Assembly (NCBI GenBank): GCA_964016885.1
Contig: OZ024741.1
Location: 333,684,001-333,748,000 of the forward strand
DNA: 64,000 nucleotides
Direction: 5' to 3'
Origin: Eledone cirrhosa
Lineage: Eukaryota
How positions within the stretch are numbered: the stretch's first letter is position 1; each line of letters begins with the position of its first letter. This document shows, piece after piece, positions 1 to 14,767 of this stretch. Made by a program: the position numbers and the translations under genes. A model generated the notes under the pieces. It worked only from the letters and a program-made list of their open reading frames with translations. It did not search any database and was not told the origin of the DNA.

Positions 1-3000
1 CAACACTACCACTACCTCCAACACTACCAACACTATTACCACCAGCACTAACACTACCACCCACTAACTCCAACACTACCAACACTATTACCACCAGCAC
101 TAACACTACCACTACCTCCAACACTACCAACACTATTACCACCAGCACCAACACTACCACTACCTCCAACACTACCAATACTATTACCACCAGCACTAAC
201 ACTACCACTACCTCCAACACTACCAACACTATTACCACCATCACCAACACTACCACTACCTCCAACACTACCAACACTATTACCACCAGCACTAACACTA
301 CCACTACCTCCAACACTACCAACACTATTACCACCAGCACTAACACTACCACTACCTCCAACACTACCAACACTATTACCACCAGCACTAACACTACCAC
401 TACCTCTAACACTACCAACACTATTACCACCAGCACTAACACTACCACTACCTCCAACACTACCAACACTATAACCACCAGCACTAACACTACCACTACC
501 TCCAACACTACCAACACTATTACCACCAGCACCAACACTACCACTACCTCCAACACTACCAACACTATTACCACCAGCACCAACACTACCACTACCTCCA
601 ACACTACCAACACTATTACCACCAGCACCAACACTACCACTACCTCCAACACTACCAACACTATTACCACCAGCACCAACACTACCACTACCTCCAACAC
701 TACTAACACCATTACCACCAGCACTAACACTACCACTACCTCTAACACTACCAACACTATTACCACCAGCACTAACACTACCACTACCTCCAACACTACC
801 AACACTATTACCACCAGCACTAACACTACCACTACCTCCAACACTACCAACACTATTACCACCAGCACTAACACTACCACTACCTCCAACACTACCAACA
901 CTATTACCACCAGCACTAACACTACCACTACCTCCAACACTACCAACACTATTACCACCAGCACTAACACTACCACTACCTCCAACACTACTAACACTAT
1001 TACCACCAGCACTAACACTACCACTACCTCCAACACTACCAACACTATTACCACCAGCACCAACACTACCACTACCTCCAACACTACCAACACTATTACC
1101 ACCAGCACTAACACTACCACTACCTCCAACACTACCAACACTATTACCACCAGCACTAACACTACCACTACCTCCAACACTACCAACACTATTACCACCA
1201 GCACTAACACTACCACTACCTCCAACACTACCAACACTATTACCACCAGCACCAACACTACCACTACCTCCAACACTACCAACACTATTACCACCAGCAC
1301 TAACACTACCACTACCTCCAACACTACCAACACCATTACCACCAGCACTAACACTACCACTACCTCCAACACTACCAACACTATAACCACCAGCACCAAC
1401 ACTACCACTACCTCCAACACTACCAACACTATTACCACCAGCACTAACACTACCACTACCTCCAACACTACCAACACTATTACCACCAGCACTAACACTA
1501 CCACTACCTCCAACACTACCAACACTATTACCACCAGCACTAACACTACCACTACCTCCAACACTACTAACACTATTACCACCAGCACTAACACTACCAC
1601 TACCTCCAACACTACCAACACTATTACCACCAGCACCAACACTACCACTACCTCCAACACTACCAACACTATTACCACCAGCACTAACACTACCACTACC
1701 TCCAACACTACCAACACCATTACCACCAGCACTAACACTACCACTACCTCCAACACTACCAACACTATAACCACCAGCACCAACACTACCACTACCTCCA
1801 ACACTACCAACACTATTACCACCAGCACTAACACTACCACTACCTCCAACACTACCAACACTATTACCACCAGCACTAACACTACCACTACCTCCAACAC
1901 TACCAACACTATTACCACCAGCACTAACACTACCACTACCTCCAACACTACCAACACTATTACCACCAGCACCAACACTACCACTACCTCCAACACTACC
2001 AACACTATTACCACCAGCACTAACACTACCACTACCTCCAACACTACCAACACTATTACCACCAGCACCAACACTACCACTACCTCCAACACTACCAACA
2101 CTATTACCACCAGCACTAACACTACCACTACCTCCAACACTACCAACACTATTACCACCAGCACCAACACTACCACTACCTCCAACACTACCAACACTAT
2201 TACCACCAGCACTAACACTACCACTACCTCCAACACTACTAACACCATTACCACCAGCACCAACACTACCACTACCTCCAACACTACCAACACTATTACC
2301 ACCAGCACTAACACTACCACTACCTCCAACACTACCAACACTATTACCACCAGCACTAACACTACCACTACCTCCAACACTACCAACACTATTACCACCA
2401 GCACCAACACTACCACTACCTCCAACACTACCAACACTATTACCACCAGCACTAACACTACCACTACCTCCAACACTACCAACACTATTACCACCAGCAC
2501 CAACACTACCACTACCTCCAACACTACCAACACTATTACCACCAGCACCAACACTACCACTACCTCCAACACTACTAACACCATTACCACCAGCACTAAC
2601 ACTACCACTACCTCTAACACTACCAACACTATTACCACCAGCACTAACACTACCACTACCTCCAACACTACCAACACTATTACCACCAGCACCAACACTA
2701 CCACTACCTCCAACACTACCAACACTATTACCACCAGCACCAACACTACCACTACCTCCAACACTACCAACACTATTACCACCAGCACTAACGCTACCAC
2801 TACCTCCAACACTACCAACACTATTACCACCAGCACTAACACTACCACTACCTCCAACACTACCAACACTATTACCACCAGCACTAACGCTACCACTACC
2901 TCCAACACTACCAACACTATTACCACCAGCACTAACACTACCACTACCTCCAACACTACCAACACTATTACCACCAGCACTAACGCTACCACTACCTCCA

Positions 3001-5290
3001 ACACTACCAACACTATTACCACCAGCACTAACACTACCACTACCTCCAACACTACTAACACCATTACCACCAGCACTAACACTACCACTACCTCTAACAC
3101 TACCAACACTATTACCACCAGCACTACCTCCAACACTACCAACACTATTACCACCAGCACTAACACTACCACTACCTCCAACACTACCAACACTATTACC
3201 ACCAGCACTAACACTACCACTACCTCTAACACTACCAACACTATTACCACCAGCACCAACACTACCACTACCTCCAACACTACCAACACTATTACCACCG
3301 GCACTAACACTACCACTACCTCCAACACTACCAACACTATTACCACCAGCAGTAACACTACCACTACCTCCAACACTACCAACACTATTACCACCAGCAC
3401 TAACGCTACCACTACCTCCAACACTACCTCCAACACTACCAACACTATTACCACCAGCACTAACACTACCACTACCTCTAACACTACCAACACTATTACC
3501 ACCAGCACTAACACTACCACTACCTCCAACACTACCAACACTATTACCACCAGCACCAACACTACCACTACCTCCAACACTACCAACACTATTACCACCA
3601 GCACTAACACTACCACTACCTCCAACACTACCAACACTATTACCACCAGCATCAACATTACCACTACAACCAACACAAACATTACCAGCAACTACTACCT
3701 CCAACACTACCAACACTATTACCACCAGCACCAACACTACCACTACCTCCAACACTACCAACACTATTACCACCAGCACTAACACTACCACTACCTCCAA
3801 CACTACCAACACTATTACCACCAGCACTAACACTACCACTACCTCCAACACTACTAACACCATTACCACCAGCACTAACACTACCACTACCTCCAACACT
3901 ACCAACACTATTACCACCAGCACTAACACTACCACTACCTCCAACACTACTAACACCATTACCACCAGCACTAACACTACCACTACCTCCAACACTACCA
4001 ACACTATTACCACCAGCACTAACACTACCACTACCTCCAACACTACCAACACTATTACCACCAGCACTAACACTACCACTACCTCCAACACTACTAACAC
4101 CATTACCACCAGCACTAACACTACCACTACCTCCAACACTACCAACACCATTACCACCAGCACTAACACTACCACTACCTCCAACACTACCAACACCATT
4201 ACCACCAGCACTAACACTACCACTACCTCCAACACTACCAACACCATTACCACCAGCACTAACACTACCACTACCTCCAACACTACCAACACCATTACCA
4301 CCAGCACCAACACTACCACTACCTCCAACACTACCAACACCATTACCACCAGCACTAACACTACCACTACCGCCAACACTACCAACACTATTACCACCAG
4401 CACTAACACTACCACTACCTCCAACACTACCAACACCATTACCACCAGCACCAACACTACCACTACCTCCAACACTACCAACACCATTACCACCAGCACT
4501 AACACTACCACTACCGCCAACACTACCAACACTATTACCACCAGCACCAACACTACCACTACCTCCAACACTACCAACACTATTACCACCAGCACCAACA
4601 CTACCACTACCTCCAACACTACCAACACTATTACCACCAGCACCAACACTACCACTACCTCCAACACTACCAACACTATTACCACCAGCACTAACACTAT
4701 CACTACCTCCAACACTACCAACACTATTACCACCAGCACCAACACTACCACTACCTCCAACACTACCAACACTATTACCACCAGCACCAACACTACCACT
4801 ACCTCCAACACTACCAACACTATTACCACCAGCACTAACACTACCACTACCTCCAACACTACCAACACTATTACCACCAGCACTAACACTACCACTATCT
4901 CCAACACTACCAACACTATTACCACCAGCACCAACACTACCACTACCTCCAACACTACCAACACTACCAACACTATTACCACCAGCACCAACACTACCAC
5001 TACCTCCAACACTACCAACACTATTACCACCAGCACCAACACTACCACTACCTCCAACACTACCAACACTATTACCACCAGCACCAACACTACCACTACC
5101 TCCAACACTACCAACACTATTACCACCAGCACCAACACTACCACTACCTCCAACACTACCAACACTATTACCACCAGCACCAACACTACCACTACCTCCA
5201 ACACTACCTCCAACACTACCAACACTATTACCACCAGCACTACCTCCAACACTACCAACACTATTACCACCAGCACTAACACTACCACTA
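1..5290 (+). repeat. 48-bp tandem minisatellite, about 110 units; reads NTTTTSNTTNTITTST in the Thr frame
   Basis: Unit AACACTACCACTACCTCCAACACTACCAACACTATTACCACCAGCACY is read directly and runs off the window start. The Thr frame shifts by +1 near 60 and at 3690. Confidence 0.97.
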
Positions 5291-5784
5291 CCTCCAGCAC
5301 TAACAACAATATTACCACCAGCACCAACACTACAACCAACACTACCACCAACCATACAACCAACACAACCACTACCCCAACTACCATCTCCACTACTGTT
5401 ATGACATCTGTTACTATTATTACAGCTGCCACTACCACTACCATCAACACCACTACCACCACAACCACAATTAACATTACTATTACCACCACTAGTGCTA
5501 TTACCACCACCACTACTACTACTAATACTACTATTACCACCACCAGCAGCACTACTATTACCACTACCACAACTATCATCACCACCACAACCACTACCAC
5601 TACTACTACTACTATTACCACCACCAGCAGCACTACTATTACCACAACCACTACTATCATCACCACCACAACCACTACCACCACCACAACCACTACCACT
5701 ACTACTACTACTATTACCACCACCAGCAGCACTACTATTACCACAACCACTACTATCATCACCACCACAACCACTACCACCACC

Positions 5785-5815
<31 letters not shown>

Positions 5816-6078
5816 TTACCACCACCAGCAGCACTACTATTACCACTACCACAACTATCATCACCACCACAACCACTACCACCACCACCACCTCTACTAC
5901 TACTATTACCACCACCAGCAGCACTACTCTTACCACTACCACTACTATCATCACCACCACAACCACTACCACCACCACCACCACCACCACCACCATTACT
6001 ACTACTATTACCACCACCAGCAGCACTACTATTACCACTACCACTACTTTCATCACCACCACCACCACTACCACTACC

Positions 6079-6112
<34 letters not shown>

Positions 6113-6183
6113 TTACCACCACCAGCAGCACTACTATTACCACTACCACTACTATCATCACCACCACAACCACTACCACTACC

Positions 6184-6217
<34 letters not shown>

Positions 6218-6390
6218 TTACCACCACCAGCAGCACTACTATTACCACTACCACTACTATCATCACCACCACAACCACTACCACCACCACCACCACCACC
6301 ACCACCATTACTACTACTATTACCACCACCAGCAGCACTACTATTACCACTACCACTACTTTCATCACCACCACCACCACTACCACTACC

Positions 6391-6424
<34 letters not shown>

Positions 6425-6495
6425 TTACCACCACCAGCAGCACTACTATTACCACTACCACTACTTTCATCACCACCACCACCACTACCACTACC

Positions 6496-6529
<34 letters not shown>

Positions 6530-6597
6530 TTACCACCACCAGCAGCACTACTATTACCACTACCACTACTATCATCACCACCACAACCACTACCACC

Positions 6598-6634
<37 letters not shown>

Positions 6635-6798
6635 TTACCACCACCAGCAGCACTACTATTACCACTACCACTACTATCATCACCACCACAACCACTACCA
6701 CCACCACCACCACCACCACCATTACTACTACTATTACCACCACCAGCAGCACTACTATTACCACTACCACTACTATCATCACCACCACAACCACTACC

Positions 6799-6829
<31 letters not shown>

Positions 6830-6897
6830 TTACCACCACCAGCAGCACTACTATTACCACTACCACTACTATCATCACCACCACAACCACTACCACC

Positions 6898-6931
<34 letters not shown>

Positions 6932-6999
6932 TTACCACCACCAGCAGCACTACTATTACCACTACCACTACTATCATCACCACCACAACCACTACCACC

Positions 7000-7033
<34 letters not shown>

Positions 7034-7098
7034 TTACCACCACCAGCAGCACTACTATTACCACTACCACTACTATCATCACCACCACAACCACTACC

Positions 7099-7132
<34 letters not shown>

Positions 7133-7197
7133 TTACCACCACCAGCAGCACTACTATTACCACTACCACTACTATCATCACCACCACAACCACTACC

Positions 7198-7231
<34 letters not shown>

Positions 7232-7299
7232 TTACCACCACCAGCAGCACTACTATTACCACTACCACTACTATCATCACCACCACAACCACTACCACC

Positions 7300-7330
<31 letters not shown>

Positions 7331-7395
7331 TTACCACCACCAGCAGCACTACTATTACCACTACCACTACTATCATCACCACCACAACCACTACC

Positions 7396-7429
<34 letters not shown>

Positions 7430-7767
7430 TTACCACCACCAGCAGCACTACTATTACCACTACCACTACTATCATCACCACCACAACCACTACCACCACC
7501 ACCGCCACCACTACTACTACTACTACTACTATTACCACCACCAGCAGCACTACTATTACCACTACCACTACTATCATCACCACCACAACCACTACCACCA
7601 CCACCGCCACCACTACTACTACTACTACTACTATTGCCACCACCAGCAGCACTACTATTACCACTACCACTACTATCATCACCACCACAACCACTACCAC
7701 CACCACCACTACTACTACTACTACTATTACCACTACCACTACTATCATCACCACCACAACCACTACC

Positions 7768-7801
<34 letters not shown>

Positions 7802-8163
7802 TTACCACCACCAGCAGCACTACTATTACCACTACCACTACTATCATCACCACCACAACCACTACCACCACCACCGCCACCACTACTACTACTACTACTA
7901 TTACCACCACCAGCAGCACTACTATTACCACTACCACTACTATCATCACCACCACAACCACTACCACCACCACCGCCACCACTACTACTACTACTACTAT
8001 TACCACCACCAGCAGCACTACTATTACCACTACCACTACTATCATCACCACCACAACCACTACCACCACCACCGCCACCACTACTACTACTACTACTATT
8101 ACCACCACCAGCAGCACTACTATTACCACTACCACTGCTATCATCACCACCACAACCACTACC

Positions 8164-8197
<34 letters not shown>

Positions 8198-8262
8198 TTA
8201 CCACCACCAGCAGCACTACTATTACCACTACCACTACTATCATCACCACCACAACCACTACC

Positions 8263-8296
<34 letters not shown>

Positions 8297-8850
8297 TTAC
8301 CACCACCAGCAGCACTACTATTACCACTACCACTACTATCATCACCACCACAACCACTACCACCACCACCGCCACCACTACTACTACTACTACTATTACC
8401 ACCACCAGCAGCACTACTATTACCACTACCACTACTATCATCACCACCACAACCACTACCACCACCACCGCCACCACTACTACTACTACTACTATTACCA
8501 CCACCAGCAGCACTACTATTACCACTACCACTACTATCATCACCACCACAACCACTACCACCACCACCACTACTACTACTACTACTATTACCACCACCAG
8601 CACTACTACTATTACCACTACCACTACTATCATCACCACCACCACCACCAAAAAATGGACACAGGCACCACCACCTCCCCCTTTCATTGACAGACACCAC
8701 AGAATCCACCACCACCACCACCACTACAACTACCAATACCATTCCACCTTATCTCTCAAAGACACTGACACTACCACCTCCCCTGACACAAGTGCATTCT
8801 ATCCCCACCGCCACACACCAACTACCACTACAACCCCAGCCCTGATATAA
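3691..8850 (+). CDS. Possible mucin-like Thr-rich exon or ORF (unproven; may be non-coding satellite)
   Basis: The Thr frame is open from 3691 to the TAA at 8848-8850, across both arrays and their unique linker (includes track ORF 5401..8850). No signal peptide, folded domain or splice site was identified. Confidence 0.25.
5530..8650 (+). repeat. Compound trinucleotide minisatellite with a unit of about 100 bp (ITTTSSTTITTTTTIIT...Tn), about 30 units
   Basis: ATTACCACCACCAGCAGCACTACTATTACCACTACCACTACTATCATCACCACCACAACC recurs, followed by variable (ACC)n(ACT)n. Length variants stay multiples of 3. Confidence 0.95.
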
Positions 8851-9354
8851 GTGCATTCTCACCACCTCCATGACCATTGCCACTACAACCACCACTATGG
8901 CCTACTATTTCTGTTGCCATCATCACCATCACCACCATAATCTTCCTCTCCTCATCCTCTTCATACTCTCTGCCTCACCCTCCCATCCACCCTTTCATCA
9001 ATCACTCTTCCTTCTTCCTTTTATCTTCCCCCTCCTCCCTCTCCAGCCTTCTCTCCCTCCCCCTCTCGCTCACCTCTTCCTTCTACTTGCAATAATGCTT
9101 CATCTAACAACTGCACGACACACACACACACGCATACATATATATATACATATATTTACAAACATGCCTATACACACACAACACACACACAGAAATATGC
9201 AGCATCGATACACACACAAAGATATGCACCAAGGCACACATACAAGCACATTCACAGTGTCACATGCACAGGCACAGTATCTCTCTCACACAACATGTAT
9301 ATATATATATATATATATAAATGTGTATCTATCTATCTATCTATCTATATTTAT

Positions 9355-9406
<52 letters not shown>

Positions 9407-9410
<4 letters not shown>

Positions 9411-9559
9411 TATAGAAAAGCTTCTACAGGACTAGAACTGTTTCATTCATGAGAAATCATCAAGAAGCGCTTCCTGATGATTTCACACAAATGAAACACT
9501 TCTAGTCCCGTAGAAGCTTTTCTATATTAAAACATTTATACTCTGCTATGTACCTTACA

Positions 9560-9562
<3 letters not shown>
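9407..9562. mobile_element. Palindromic hammerhead-bearing element in (TA)n (Penelope-like terminus), older copy
   Basis: Imperfect palindrome 9407-9530 centred at 9468/9469, plus a short tail. (TA)n lies on both sides. Homologous to 9671-9863. Confidence 0.75.
9469..9517 (+). ncRNA. Type I hammerhead ribozyme motif
   Basis: gcuuc CUGAUGA uuucacacaaau GAAAC acuucuaguccc GUA gaagc; stem I is gcuuc/gaagc. Confidence 0.6.
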
Positions 9563-9608
<46 letters not shown>

Positions 9609-9634
9609 GTGTATGTGTATATATATATACATAC

Positions 9635-9670
<36 letters not shown>

Positions 9671-9677
<7 letters not shown>

Positions 9678-9863
9678 TGAGATTCTACAGGACTAGAACT
9701 GTTTCATTCATTAGAAATCATCAGGAATCAGATTCCTGATGATTTCTAATGAATGAAACAGTTCTAGTCCTGTAGAATCTCATCTATATTAAAACTGTTA
9801 TACTCTGCTATGTATTGAGTACCTTACTTACTGTGGTTACCTCCGATTCAACCCGGAATAACG
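9671..9863. mobile_element. Palindromic hammerhead-bearing element in (TA)n, young copy
   Basis: Perfect 59-bp inverted arms (9671-9729 and 9731-9789) with a 1-nt spacer, then a unique tail containing GTATTGAGTAC. Flanked by (TA)n. Confidence 0.8.
9730..9780 (+). ncRNA. Type I hammerhead ribozyme motif (mirror copy on the - strand at about 9680-9730)
   Basis: agauuc CUGAUGA uuucuaaugaau GAAAC ag uucuaguc cu GUA gaaucu. Stem I is 6 bp, stem III is acag/cugu, cleavage triplet GUA. Confidence 0.7.
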
Positions 9864-9914
9864 TATATATATATATATATATAAATAAATGTGTATGTGT
9901 ATATATATATACAT

Positions 9915-9994
<80 letters not shown>

Positions 9995-10012
9995 GTGTAT
10001 GTGTATATATAT

Positions 10013-10070
<58 letters not shown>

Positions 10071-10079
10071 GTGTATGTG

Positions 10080-10547
<468 letters not shown>

Positions 10548-10806
10548 TATATACATACATATATATATATATATTTCTATATATATATGGGTTTGGGGTT
10601 GTAAAGCCTACTCCCACTATACCTCTCACAGGCAACCAGTTCCTCCTCCTCCTTCCTTAGTTCTCTACCTTTCATTCATTCACTCCCTTATTCATTCATT
10701 GAATTATTCAGTCATTCATTCATTCAATCAATCACCAGCACCAGCTAGCAGCTAGCAGCAGCAGCTGCAGTAGTAGTAGTAGTTGTAGCAGTAACCACAC
10801 TGTGTG

Positions 10807-10843
<37 letters not shown>

Positions 10844-10929
10844 GTATATATATATGTGTGTGTCTGTATATGTGTGCTGATTGTAGCAATAGTAGTAGCA
10901 ACAAAATAGCTCCAGCTTCAATGGAAGCA

Positions 10930-10932
10930 GTT

Positions 10933-10992
<60 letters not shown>

Positions 10993-11021
10993 ACAGCAGC
11001 AGCAGCAGCAGCAGTAATAGC

Positions 11022-11071
<50 letters not shown>

Positions 11072-11075
11072 CAGT

Positions 11076-11110
<35 letters not shown>

Positions 11111-11140
11111 TAGTAGTAATAGTAGTAGCAGCAGTAGTCT
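10930..11140. repeat. (GTA)n/(GCA)n compound microsatellite
   Basis: Read directly from the sequence. Confidence 0.95.
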
Positions 11141-11185
11141 TTGGTGATAGATTCCTCTTTACTGCTGTCTCTGAATGCTACCTAC

Positions 11186-11257
<72 letters not shown>

Positions 11258-11313
11258 TATCTATAACTCCTTGTTCAATCTTTTATTTTCTCAAAGCAGA
11301 ATTATTTGTTATC

Positions 11314-11413
<100 letters not shown>

Positions 11414-12584
11414 AGGCATGCATTAACACACTATCTTAAAGATAGCACTTTGATGTTGATATATAGAGATTATTTAGAGTAGATTCTTGCATAGGAGTAA
11501 GGAGATAAATGATGAAATAGATGGCACTGGTGGAGTAAAGGAAGAGAGTTATTGACATAAAAGATTCCTCTTTGGCTGGAACCATTTCTAGTGGTTGTCT
11601 AACCCCTTGTCAGCAGTGATTGACCAGACCTATAATGTAAGCCTTCCATCTGAGTATCCATCTTTTTGTGAATAAGGGACTATATTTTCTAATGTGTACT
11701 TTCTTTTGAAGACATCTCCATACAGAGGTCATTTTGATGTTCATCATCTTGAGATCGATAAAAAAAAGTACCAGTCTAGTACTGGGGTTGATTCGTCCTT
11801 CAAATCCTTTTCTCACTTTCTATCCTTCGCTGGAAGAAATCTTCTGTGTTCAGACCTGGAAAGGGATAAGCTCAGCTTGGTTTAAAAAATGCCCCTAGAA
11901 ATGGTGTGTCAATATGGCACACCTATGACTCCCCTAGGTGTTACAGGTCCATACCATACATACATGAATATATACAAAAGTCTAAACTTGATTACCTACA
12001 CTTGGAGAGTTATTCTGGAGCAAGCAGGTCTGGTCAAGTGTTTACTGACAACAAGCAGTGGCTCAAGCAGTAAAAGTCTCCCCATTCTCCTTGACTCCAA
12101 TGTTGTTCAAGAAAATGGAGAGTCAATATAACTTGGCATCAGTGTTGTAGCAGATGCTGCCATCAGAAACTAAGATTTAGAAACAAATGCTGCAAGGTAT
12201 CAACTCATTCTATGTTCTACCAACTTGGACTTGTATTTTATTTATCAAACTTCAAAGAGTGAAATGTGAAGTTGATCCATGGAGGATTTGGACTTAAAAC
12301 ACTAAGTCAGAATAAATATTACTTGTGCACATGTATTATAAAACTAAAAGGATCATGATTACAAACCCAATGCTTTGACCATGAAGTCATGCATCTTCAC
12401 TGACCTATATCTATATAGCCCAAATGGAAATAATATTTCTGTATAATACATATATGTATATGTATTATAAAAAAAATATAAAGTCCAAATGGAAATAATT
12501 TTTTTTTATAATACATATACATATATATATGTATTATACAGAAATATTATTTCCATTTGGGCTATATAGATATAGGTTAGTGAT

Positions 12585-12920
12585 GATGCATGGCTTCATG
12601 GTAAAAACCTTGGGTTTATAATTGTGAGGTTATGAGTTTGATCTCTGGACTGGGCAATGTATTGTGTCCTTGAGCAAGACACTTTATTGTTTACAATGCT
12701 CCAGTTCACTCAGCCATAGAAATGAGTTGCAACTTCACAGGTACCAAGCTGTATTGGCTTCTACCTTGGACAACATTAGTGGTGTGGAGAGGAGAGAATG
12801 GTATGCATGGGTGACTGCTGATCTTCCCATAAACAACCTTGCCCAGACATGTGCCTCAAAGGGGGAACTTTCTAGGTCCAAATTTCATTGTCATTCATGA
12901 CTGAAGAGGGTCTTTACCTT
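12585..12920 (+). mobile_element. tRNA-derived SINE with CORE-like domain (degenerate)
   Basis: tRNA-like head, then TGTGTCCTTGAGCAAGACACTTTA...TGCTCCAGTTCACTCAGC shared with the 48603 and 52022 copies; different tail. Confidence 0.7.
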
Positions 12921-13444
12921 TTACATATATGTACACACACACATACAGGTGTTATTTTATGTGTGTGTTTATATAAAAACATTCTGTCATAATTTTATAT
13001 AAGAACCTTTGTTAAGTTATGTTCCAAACGCAAACTTAATGATAAAATTAGTTATATTGCTAGATCCCTTCAGATTCATGGAATGTTTTTAGATAAATAT
13101 AAACATCTAAAAATAAACAGATTAGTGTCATATTTCTAATGAAAAAACATTGATTATGGTTTTTAAATGATTTTGAAAATAATAAAAAATTTGAAAGAAC
13201 TTAGTAATATAACTAATTTTCTCATTATTATGGATGTATTAGGAACATAACTTAACAAGGGTCCCTACATAAAATCACATTGGAATGCTTTTAGATAAAT
13301 ATAAACACCTTAAAATAAACAGACCTGTTTCAGGTAGTTTGGTATCAAAATGGTTGACATTACAGAATACATTGGCAAGTCTTAAACAAAAATTTGAGGA
13401 ATGTGGATTATATATGGGAAATCAACTAGTTCAGGCTTCATTGC

Positions 13445-13650
13445 TTTCTGATAGGTTTGTGATTGAGCCTGTGATAGTGGAAACTTCCTGTGTTCTTGGC
13501 CTCTGGACCACATCCCTACTCACTACTATTGGGGCACGGTTGGCTATCCCCAAAAGTGAGCCCGACAAGTTGGGGTGTCTGTGCCTGTGTGTCTCCCTTG
13601 TCATCCTTCGAGACATCATCTTCTCCATCTTGTCTATTGGGATCTCAAGT
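13445..13650 (+). mobile_element. CRE-clade non-LTR retrotransposon 3' remnant (restriction-like endonuclease C-terminus)
   Basis: RFVIEPVIVETSCVLG..SLLTTIGARLA...SLVILRDIIFSIL matches the FxPxAVETxG...SLAIQRGNAxSI pattern. Homologous to 33920-34240. Confidence 0.6.
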
Positions 13651-14540
13651 CAGACTAACACTTATATGAGAGTGAGGTTAATTGTTAAGCTATTTATGAC
13701 AAGAAGTTTGGCCACAAAACTGTTTACCATGAAGAATTAAGATGTCAATATGTCAGCAGCATAAACTACAGACATGTTAAAGTTTTTTAGTTTAAAAAAA
13801 AGTTTTAAGTTAAAATCTTTTCTAAGTTGAAGGCTGGTTCTTATCCTTGGTTTCCCTGGCATTAAGCGGCTGAGAGTAGAAGACTCTCCCTGGAAAGGGC
13901 GTCAGTCTATCACAGGTTTAATTCCCCAGCTACTGCTGGTACTCACTCATCTCAACTAAGTGTACTGGAGCAATGTGAAATAAAACATTTTGTTCAAGAA
14001 CACAATACAGTGTCCTCTCCAGTCCACACTGTAAGGATGCCACATTGGTGACAATGAAAAAACACCCAGTTCACCCTGTTAGACGATCATTTTGGTGCCA
14101 TAATAAAAAGTACTTAGTCTACACTGTAACATGGTTGGTGTTAGGAAGGGTATCCTGATGTAGAAACCAAGCCAAAATACAGATCTGTATGAACAAGATG
14201 TGGTCACCCGACCTGACTTGTTTCATAATGTGACAATTCATCTAACCCATGGAAGTGTGAAAAAAGGGATATTAAATGATGATGATGAGGATGACATATA
14301 TATATGTATGCTTCCTCATGTTTGTTCCTATGATTACATCCCATAAAACTGGTGTTGTGTTTTTATGTCCTATAATTTAAGGGTTGACCAAATAGAGATC
14401 ATTTAAAACAAGTACCACATTGAAATAGGGAGTTGGAGTCAATGGGATCAACACAAATCTCTCTAGAGGTGCCTCAGCATGGTCACAGTAAAGTGATTGA
14501 AACCGTTAAATAAAAAAAGAAAAAGAATCTCCTCCGTTAA

Positions 14541-14767
14541 CTCTTTCATGATTGTATTTCTAATGAAAGACACTCTATTTCAATTAAGGAAGAATTTGAA
14601 AAGTTTTACTGAAATTATTAATCATTTTATTACTAAGATAGTACTTTAATATATATTTCATATATATAATGTTGGAAAATTTTAATTTAAATAGGAACCC
14701 TTTAAAATCGTTGCCTTTGTTACAAAGAACCAGATCCGATTTTGAGGAATGCTGATATGAAAAAGGG
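14541..14767. mobile_element. TTAA-flanked MITE (piggyBac-type, abundant family)
   Basis: TTAA CTCTTT...AAAGGG TTAA ends. Internal ATTTCTAATGAAAGACACT is shared with copies near 13130, 17630, 34570, 36150, 43985 and 59840. Confidence 0.6.

Noticed and set aside
1-8650. CRISPR-like regular repeat
   Set aside because: Head-to-tail tandem units with no unique spacers, no cas genes and a eukaryotic context.
54-8742. Giant minus-strand ORFs of 2877 aa and 1686 aa (poly-Val and Gly-Ser)
   Set aside because: These are antisense frames of the repeat arrays that lack stops by composition. They switch between poly-Val and Gly/Ser at the 3690 indel, and unit variants are non-synonymous in the Gly/Ser frame.
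5495-8845. Leu/Pro ORF of 1116 aa
   Set aside because: An alternative frame of the same trinucleotide array, with implausible composition.
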